Assembly (NCBI GenBank): GCA_963844715.1
Contig: CAWJPJ010000008.1
Coordinates: 530,247-554,246, forward strand
Length of the DNA stretch: 24,000 bases
Source: an uncultured Phycisphaerales bacterium
Lineage (GTDB): Bacteria > Planctomycetota > Phycisphaerae > Tepidisphaerales > Tepidisphaeraceae
Direction: 5' to 3'
Under the pieces are notes generated by a model that saw nothing but the letters and a program-made list of their open reading frames with translations, had not been told where the DNA came from and ran no database searches. The position numbers and the translations under genes are program-made. This document shows positions 18,350 through 24,000 of the stretch, in pieces (within the stretch, counting starts at the first letter, position 1; each line of letters starts with the position of its first letter).

Positions 18350-19723
18350 CAGGACGCTGAAAAACTCGGGAGTTGGCGCATTTTCCTGTCTGTTGGCCGC
18401 TTTTCAATGGCGGGTTCCATCTCGGATCGTTCCAAGGGCTTCAGTTCGTTCGAGTTCGTTGGCGGATTGCATGCCCAGGTTGAGTTTCACACGGTACTCA
18501 GGTTGCGCATCCGGATCAGATTGAACGCCGCCCCGGCCAGGTGGGCCTGCTGGCCGGTTTTTGAATGTCCGATCAACCGGGTGCGATACAGGCCGCCGAT
18601 CGTCTTGGCCCAGCCGATCCATTCCTCGATCTTCTTGCGGCAACGCTGGCTGATGGCGTAACCGAGGGTCTTGCGCGCCGACGCATCCGCTGGCGGGCCG
18701 CGATGTTGGCTCGGTTCTTCCAGCGATAGGCGGCGGTGTCGCCGCCGATCTTGCCCTCCTTCACCGCCACGTGCGGACGGATTCTTCTTCGCTCCAGCCC
18801 ACGCAACAGCGGACCCTGGTCGTACCCCTTGTCGGCCCCAACCGTCTTGGGTTTGAGCCCAAAACGTTTCTTGACCCGATCGATCAGCGACAACGCGGTG
18901 ACCGGCTCGCTGTTCTCCAGCGGCGAGTTGACTTCCACCGCCAGCACCAGCCCGTGGCGGTTCTCCACGATCGCGTGCAGCGCATGGCTGAGCAACGCCG
19001 GCTTGCCGTCGCTCTTGCGGACCAGCTTCGCGTCGGAATCGGTGGTTGATTCGTGGGTGTCGTTGGACCGCTTCTGGCCGTGGAAGTCCACCTCGGCGTT
19101 GCGGCCCTTAAAACCGTTGTTATCTCCCGCATCATTGTCTTTTTTGTCCTTTTCATCCCTGGGTTTGAAGCTCTTGATCGACGCATACGCCTCGATCAGC
19201 GAGCCATCCACCGAGAAGTGGTCGGGGCTGACCAGTCCCGCGGCGATGGCCCGACGCACCGTGCCGTCGAAAAACGCGCCGATCAGCCCGTGCTCTTCCA
19301 GCCGCCCGCGATTGTGCGAGAAGACGGTGGCGTCGAATACCTCTTCGTCGATCCGCAGGTCCAAAAACCAACGGAACAGCAGGTCGTGATCAATCCGTTC
19401 CACGAGCTGCGCCTCGGAGCGAATCGAATAGATCGATTGCAAAAGCAACGCCTTGATCAGCCGCTCCGGCGGCACGCTGGGCCGGCCTTCGGCCGCGTAG
19501 GCGGCATCAAAACGCCGACTCATGGCCTTCAAGTCTTCATCGACCATGCGCTTCACGGCCCGCAGCGGATGATCAGGACGGACGCGTTGTTCCAGATCGA
19601 TGGCCGCGATGAACAAAATGGATTGGGGATCGGCCTTGCCTCGCATGAATGACCTCCGTGTCTGGGTGTCACACAGTTCAGCGCCACCGAGAACATTCGT
19701 CAAGAGGGTTTTTCAGCGTCCTG
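18350..19723 (-). mobile_element. IS5/IS1182-like insertion sequence, 1374 bp, with 16-bp perfect terminal IRs and a 4-bp CTAA target-site duplication
   Basis: 18350-18365 caggacgctgaaaaac is the reverse complement of 19708-19723. ctaa occurs at 18346-18349 and at 19724-19727. The element carries one transposase gene. Confidence 0.88.
18487..19646 (-). CDS. IS5/IS1182-family DDE transposase, frame-broken near the C-terminus as assembled
   Basis: The start is MRGKADPQSILF..LEQRVRPDHPLRAVKRMVD. The DUF772-type N-terminal domain is GRPSVPPERLIKALLLQSIYSIRSEAQLVERIDHDLLFRWFLDL, followed by GADKGYD. After ~18670 the conserved tail RKTLGYAISQRCRKKIEEWIGWAKTIGGLYRTRLIGHSKTGQQAHLAGAAFNLIRMRNLSTV* is in another frame and ends at TGA 18487-18489. 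Confidence 0.88.
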
Positions 19724-19779
19724 CTAAGGAACATTAGCGAAAGGTCGATTAGGGCTCGGTCTTGAATTGTGATTGCCAT
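19724..19779 (-). pseudogene. 5' fragment (MAITIQDRALIDLSLMFL) of the IS-interrupted hypothetical gene
   Basis: ATG at 19779. Removing the IS and one CTAA copy joins it in frame to 18349..17916, giving 486 nt or 161 aa. Confidence 0.65.
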
Positions 19780-19841
19780 ATCTGTCGCCCCCTGGTCGAA
19801 AGCTCGATCCCGCTTGGTGATCGGAGCGATGTCTATCTTAG

Positions 19842-20900
19842 CTATTTCACATCGACCGCCGCGCCGTTGCGGCGGACGGATTCGTACATGGCTTCTATTA
19901 TTGCGACGGCTTTTCTTGCTTCGGAGCCGTTGGTTTCGGCTTCTTCGTTTTTGGTCCAGGACTCGTAGATGTGGAGCATGTTTTGGCCGTGTAGGTCCAG
20001 GCCTACGTCGCCGGCGTTTTTTCCGCCGCCGCTGTTTTTGGCGTTGGCGGGGTTTAGTTTTTCGAGGAGTTCCTGGTCTTTGGGTTGGGGGTCTTTGAAT
20101 TCGAAACGTTTTAGGCCGTTCTCGCTGATGGCGGTTCCGAATTCGCCGCCGACTTCCAGGCGGGTGGGGCCGCCGGGCCACATGGCGGTGGTGCTGACGT
20201 AGGTTCCGAAGGAGCCGTCGGCGAATTGGAGAGCGCAGGTGAGGGTGTCCTCGACTTCGATTTTTGCGTGGATGCGGCTGGAGGCATAGGCGCTGACGGT
20301 TTTTACCGGACCGACGACCCATTGGACGAGATCGACCTGGTGGATGCCCTGGTTCATGACGGCGCCGCCGCCGTCGAGTCGCCAGGTTCCGCGCCAGCCG
20401 CCTTTTTCGTAGTACTCGTCGTTGCGGTACCAGGGGGTGAAGGAGCCGGACCAAGCGAGGCGTCCGAATCGGCCGGCGAGGCGGGCGTCGCGGATGGCGC
20501 GGTTGGCCTCATTCCAGCGGTTTTGAAAGATTCCGGCGATTTTGACTTCGTGTTTTTTCGCGGCGTCGATCATTTCGTCGATGCGCTCGGAGTGGATTTC
20601 CATGGGCTTCTCGACGACGACATATTTGCCATGTTGGATGGCGAACAGGGCGGGCTCGCGATGCTGGCCGCTGGGGGTGCAAAGATGGACGGCGTCGATC
20701 TGCTCCTTGCGGAACATTTCTTCCATGGTGGTGTAAACGGGCGCGGCGAGACCGGGTTTGTCGAGGGCTTTTCGGCCCTTGGCGGTTTCGAGATCGCAAA
20801 CGGCTGCCAGGACGCAATTGGGGAGCTTGGGGATGGTACGCACGTGCCATTCCCCAACGGTTCCTGTTCCGACGACTGCGCAACGCCATTGGCGGGACAT
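19842..20900 (-). CDS. Gfo/Idh/MocA family oxidoreductase
   Basis: The N-terminal Rossmann region is RCAVVGTGTVGEWH...AVCD. EKPM is the family motif, and an alpha/beta C-terminal domain follows. Confidence 0.9.
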   Translation of the reverse strand: MSRQWRCAVVGTGTVGEWHVRTIPKLPNCVLAAVCDLETAKGRKALDKPGLAAPVYTTMEEMFRKEQIDAVHLCTPSGQHREPALFAIQHGKYVVVEKPMEIHSERIDEMIDAAKKHEVKIAGIFQNRWNEANRAIRDARLAGRFGRLAWSGSFTPWYRNDEYYEKGGWRGTWRLDGGGAVMNQGIHQVDLVQWVVGPVKTVSAYASSRIHAKIEVEDTLTCALQFADGSFGTYVSTTAMWPGGPTRLEVGGEFGTAISENGLKRFEFKDPQPKDQELLEKLNPANAKNSGGGKNAGDVGLDLHGQNMLHIYESWTKNEEAETNGSEARKAVAIIEAMYESVRRNGAAVDVK

Positions 20901-20928
20901 AAGGAAGAAGCCTAAAGGATTGGGGGAA

Positions 20929-20991
20929 TAGTTGCCAGTTGCGAGTTGCTGGTTGCCGGTAAATGCGGTCCTGCGTCTTCACTGGCAACTA
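20929..20991. repeat. Four tandem heptamers (agttgcc agttgcg agttgct ggttgcc) within an 11-bp perfect inverted repeat
   Basis: The heptamers are at 20930-20957. tagttgccagt (20929-20939) is the reverse complement of actggcaacta (20981-20991). The element lies in the divergent intergenic region between the oxidoreductase and the zinc-ribbon gene. Confidence 0.75.
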
Positions 20992-21057
20992 TGTAGGTAT
21001 GCAGCAATAAGCATTTCGTTAGGACTGTGGCGAGATGCGGCGGCATAGGTTAGAGTA

Positions 21058-21951
21058 GTGAATCCTATGGGTCCGACGAATGCGGCTTTGTTTCGGTTGT
21101 ACCAGGCTGATCGCAAGCTCCGAGATGCACAGGGACGCCTGGACGCGGTGAGTAAAAACGTGCGGGTGCAGGAGCGGAAGGTTTCGGAGCTTTCCGAGAA
21201 CCTGCGGCTGAATCAATCCAAGCTTCGAGAGCAACAGAGCCAGTCGGCGCAGTTCGACCTGGATCTGAAGGCTCGGGACGAGAAAATCGAGAAGTTGCGG
21301 GCGCAGCAGCAGACGGCCAATACCAATCGCGAGTATCAGGCGTTCCTGGTCGAAATCAACACGGAAAAACTGGATAAGGCCAAAGTAGAAGAGCAGTTGC
21401 TCCGCGCCATGGAGACGGTCGAGAAAATGGCGGCGGAGACGGCGGAACTGCAAAAGACGCTGGAGGGAGAAGAGACGAAATTGGAGGCGATGAGGGCCGA
21501 GATCGGGGGGCGGGTGGCGGAATTGCAGAAAGAGGCGGATGCGCTGAAGCCGGCGCGGCAGGCGGCGGCGGAGGCGGTGCCGGCGAAGGCGCGGGACGCG
21601 TTTGAGCGGCTGGCGGATAAGTTCGACGGGGAGGCGATGAGCGCTTTGACGAAGCCGGATCGGCGGCGGGAAGAATATGCCTGCTCGATCTGCAATATGG
21701 ATCTGGTGACTGACGTATACAACAAGCTGCATTCTCGGGATGAGTTGATGTTTTGTCCGAGTTGTCATCGGATTTTGTATATCCCAGAGGAGTTGCCGGT
21801 GGAATTGGCCGTGAACAAGGTGAAGGAGAAGAAGGAGCCGCGGACGAAAGCGGGCGGGGCGGCGACCAATCGTCAGACGGCGGCGCAGGATGTGCTGAAG
21901 TCGATCGCGGTCGAGGAGAGCGACGCGCCGGGGGCGACTTCCAAGGGGTGA
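21058..21951 (+). CDS. Coiled-coil protein with a C-terminal C4 zinc ribbon (COG1579 / DUF164-like)
   Basis: A long heptad-rich region runs from LYQADRKLRDAQGRLD to EYQAFLVEINTEK. The zinc ribbon is CSICNMDL...CPSCHRILY. The start is GTG 21058 or ATG 21067. Confidence 0.8.
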   Translation: MNPMGPTNAALFRLYQADRKLRDAQGRLDAVSKNVRVQERKVSELSENLRLNQSKLREQQSQSAQFDLDLKARDEKIEKLRAQQQTANTNREYQAFLVEINTEKLDKAKVEEQLLRAMETVEKMAAETAELQKTLEGEETKLEAMRAEIGGRVAELQKEADALKPARQAAAEAVPAKARDAFERLADKFDGEAMSALTKPDRRREEYACSICNMDLVTDVYNKLHSRDELMFCPSCHRILYIPEELPVELAVNKVKEKKEPRTKAGGAATNRQTAAQDVLKSIAVEESDAPGATSKG

Positions 21952-21986
21952 ATCGCATTTCACACGTCTAACCTTCGGCGTCGGCG

Positions 21987-23555
21987 ATGACGTCTTCCAG
22001 AAATCAGCAGACGTTGGATTTGGCCCGGCGGCATCATCATGCCGGGAAATTTGCGCAGGCGGAGGCGCTGTATCGGCAGGTTTTGGAGAGTGAGCCGGAC
22101 AATGCCGATGCGTTGGGATTGCTGGGGCTGGCGTTGTGTCAGTCGGGGCGAGCGGGGGAGGCGATCGAATGGATCGGGCGGGCGATCGAGATTGCGCCGC
22201 GGCGGGCCGCGCATTTTAGCAATCTGGGAATGGCGCTGAACGAGCTGGGGCGGCGCGAGGAAGCGATCGCGGCGTATCGGCGGGCGCTGGCGATTCAGCC
22301 TGATCTGGCGGAATTTTATTACAATTTGGGCGTGACGCTGGCCGCGGTGAATGAGTGGGATGAGGCGGCGGCGTGTCTTGGGCGCGCACGGGAGCTTAAG
22401 CCGGATTTCGAGCCGGCGGTTTCCGGATTGGCGAAGGCGCTGAAGCAAGTGGATCGGATTGGGGCGGGGATTCGGGGGATGCGGGAGAAAATTGCCGGTG
22501 GATCAGTTGATCGAGTTTTGTATCTCCAACTTGCGGAATTGCTGGAAGAAAATGGGGAGCCGGACGAGGCGCGAAAAGTTTGGCGGGAGGCGGTGGAGCG
22601 CTGGCCGGACTATGCGGCGGCGCACTGGCGGTATGGGTGGGCTTTGCTGATCGCGGGGGATTACGGTCGCGGCTGGGCGGAACATGAATGGCGATTGAAG
22701 GTGGAGGAGTTTCGATCGAATCGGCGCGATTTCGTGGAGCCGGGTTGGGATGGAGGGGAATTGGGCGGGCGGCGGATTTTGATTTATCCGGAACAGGGGT
22801 TTGGGGACATCATTCATTTTGCGCGGTATGTGCCGCTGGTGGCGCAGCGCGGCGGGAAAGTGGTGCTGCAATGCCCGAACGAATTGATGCCGGTGTTTGC
22901 ATCGCTGGGCGGGGTGCATGAACTGTTGGCGTGGGGGAAGAACGTGCCGGCGTTTGATGTGCAGTGTTCGGTGGTGAGCCTGCCGCGGGTGATGAGATTG
23001 GGCGGGCCGGAGGATGTGCCGTGGACGGGGGCGTATCTCAAGAGCGATGGAACGGGCGGGAAGAAATTTGAGGATGTGTTTGAGAAGGGGAAGGGGAAGT
23101 TCAAAGTTGGGCTGGCGTGGGCGACGCGTGCGAATCCGCCGGGGCGGTCGATTCCTCTGAAAATGTTGTGGCCGCTGGGAAGCGCGAAGATTCAGTTTTA
23201 TAGTTTGCAACATGGGGCGGGGTCTGAGGAGGCGAAGAGTCCGCCGGCGGGAATGGAACTGATCGATCTGACGGGGCGAATCCGGAATTTTGGGGATGTG
23301 GCGGCGGTGATCGACGGGTTGGACCTGGTGATCAGCGTGGATACGGCGGCGGGGCAATTGGCGGGAGCGATGGGGAAGCGGGTGTGGACGCTGCTCAAAA
23401 TCGCGCCGGATTGGCGGTGGCTTCAAGAGCGGGAGGATTCGCCTTGGTATCCGACGATGCGGTTGTTTCGGCAGAAGCGATCGGGGGCGTGGCATTCGGT
23501 TGTCGAAAAGATGGCCGAGGACCTGGTATCATTGGTCGATCAAACGAAGGGGTGA
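21987..23555 (+). CDS. TPR-repeat protein with a C-terminal glycosyltransferase family 9-like domain
   Basis: N-terminal TPRs: AEALYRQVLESEPDNADALGLLGLA, AIAAYRRALAIQPDLAEFYYNLGV. The C-terminus, ILIYPEQGFGDIIHFARYVP...LVISVDTAAGQLAGAMGKRVWTLL, resembles the heptosyltransferase-like fold. Confidence 0.75.
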   Translation: MTSSRNQQTLDLARRHHHAGKFAQAEALYRQVLESEPDNADALGLLGLALCQSGRAGEAIEWIGRAIEIAPRRAAHFSNLGMALNELGRREEAIAAYRRALAIQPDLAEFYYNLGVTLAAVNEWDEAAACLGRARELKPDFEPAVSGLAKALKQVDRIGAGIRGMREKIAGGSVDRVLYLQLAELLEENGEPDEARKVWREAVERWPDYAAAHWRYGWALLIAGDYGRGWAEHEWRLKVEEFRSNRRDFVEPGWDGGELGGRRILIYPEQGFGDIIHFARYVPLVAQRGGKVVLQCPNELMPVFASLGGVHELLAWGKNVPAFDVQCSVVSLPRVMRLGGPEDVPWTGAYLKSDGTGGKKFEDVFEKGKGKFKVGLAWATRANPPGRSIPLKMLWPLGSAKIQFYSLQHGAGSEEAKSPPAGMELIDLTGRIRNFGDVAAVIDGLDLVISVDTAAGQLAGAMGKRVWTLLKIAPDWRWLQEREDSPWYPTMRLFRQKRSGAWHSVVEKMAEDLVSLVDQTKG

Positions 23556-23559
23556 GGCG

Positions 23560-23976
23560 ATGTATGGGAAGATACTGATAACGCTGGACACGACGCCGAC
23601 GGATCGGGCGATATTGGATCACGTGCGCCCGCTGGCGCAGATGCTGAAGAGCCGGGTCGTGCTGATGCACGTGGCGGATGGATGGGCGGCGCGGCAGTAT
23701 GGTCCGGATGCGGTGAGCAGCGAAGTGACGGAGGACAAGGCATATCTGGAGAAGGTTCGAGCGGAGCTTGCGGCGGACGGATTGGAGGTGCAGGCGAAAC
23801 TGGCGTATGGGGAACCGGTGACGGAGATCGTGCGGTGGGTGGAGCAGGAGGGGTGCGACTTAATCGCGATGAGCACGCATGGTCATAGATTATTGAGCGA
23901 CCTGGTTCTCGGAACCACGGCCAGCCGGGTGCAGCATCGGGTGAATGTGCCGGTTTTATTGCTGCGAGCGGTGTGA
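23560..23976 (+). CDS. Universal stress protein (UspA family)
   Basis: MYGKILITLDTT...VVLMHV...DLIAMSTHGHRLLSDLVLGTTASRVQHRVNVPVLLL carries the Usp ATP-binding motif G-x2-G-x9-G-S/T. ATG 23560 is preferred over the ORF-track start at 23500, which overlaps the upstream gene. Confidence 0.9.
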   Translation: MYGKILITLDTTPTDRAILDHVRPLAQMLKSRVVLMHVADGWAARQYGPDAVSSEVTEDKAYLEKVRAELAADGLEVQAKLAYGEPVTEIVRWVEQEGCDLIAMSTHGHRLLSDLVLGTTASRVQHRVNVPVLLLRAV

Positions 23977-24000
23977 AGAAAGTGGCGCGGGTCGGGTAAA

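Overview
GC-rich bacterial chromosomal window centred on dnaA. It is almost entirely core or housekeeping genes. Gene content, including a fused SecDF, a LysM/Pro-Thr-rich protein and TPR-glycosyltransferases, suggests a Planctomycetota/PVC-like organism; this is a low-confidence inference. Minus strand: DUF1802, obgE, rpmA, a secreted hypothetical, then a LysM protein, secDF, yajC, tgt, der, an IS-disrupted small gene and a Gfo/Idh/MocA oxidoreductase. Plus strand: GT41-like 3' end, GNAT, dnaA, a TonB-dependent receptor, an MNT nucleotidyltransferase, a CBS protein, a COG1579 zinc-ribbon protein, a TPR-GT9-like protein and a Usp. I found no convincing novel multi-gene system such as a defence island, CRISPR array or retron. 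Four things are not explained by ordinary annotation. (1) A dispersed family of 7-nt-periodic repeats forms long intergenic hairpins; one 395-bp element has 22-bp terminal inverted repeats that supply the identical C-terminus EMTNDK* to two convergent, unrelated genes. (2) A 1374-bp IS5/IS1182-like element with 16-bp IRs and a CTAA target duplication splits a low-GC 161-codon gene that can be rebuilt in frame. (3) A DnaA-box cluster upstream of dnaA is a candidate oriC, and dnaN is absent. (4) Eight or nine single-nucleotide frame breaks occur in conserved genes, including secDF and tgt. These most likely reflect uncorrected indel errors in the assembly and must be resolved before any pseudogene biology is claimed. 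All protein family calls rest on recognising motifs by eye; no searches were run.
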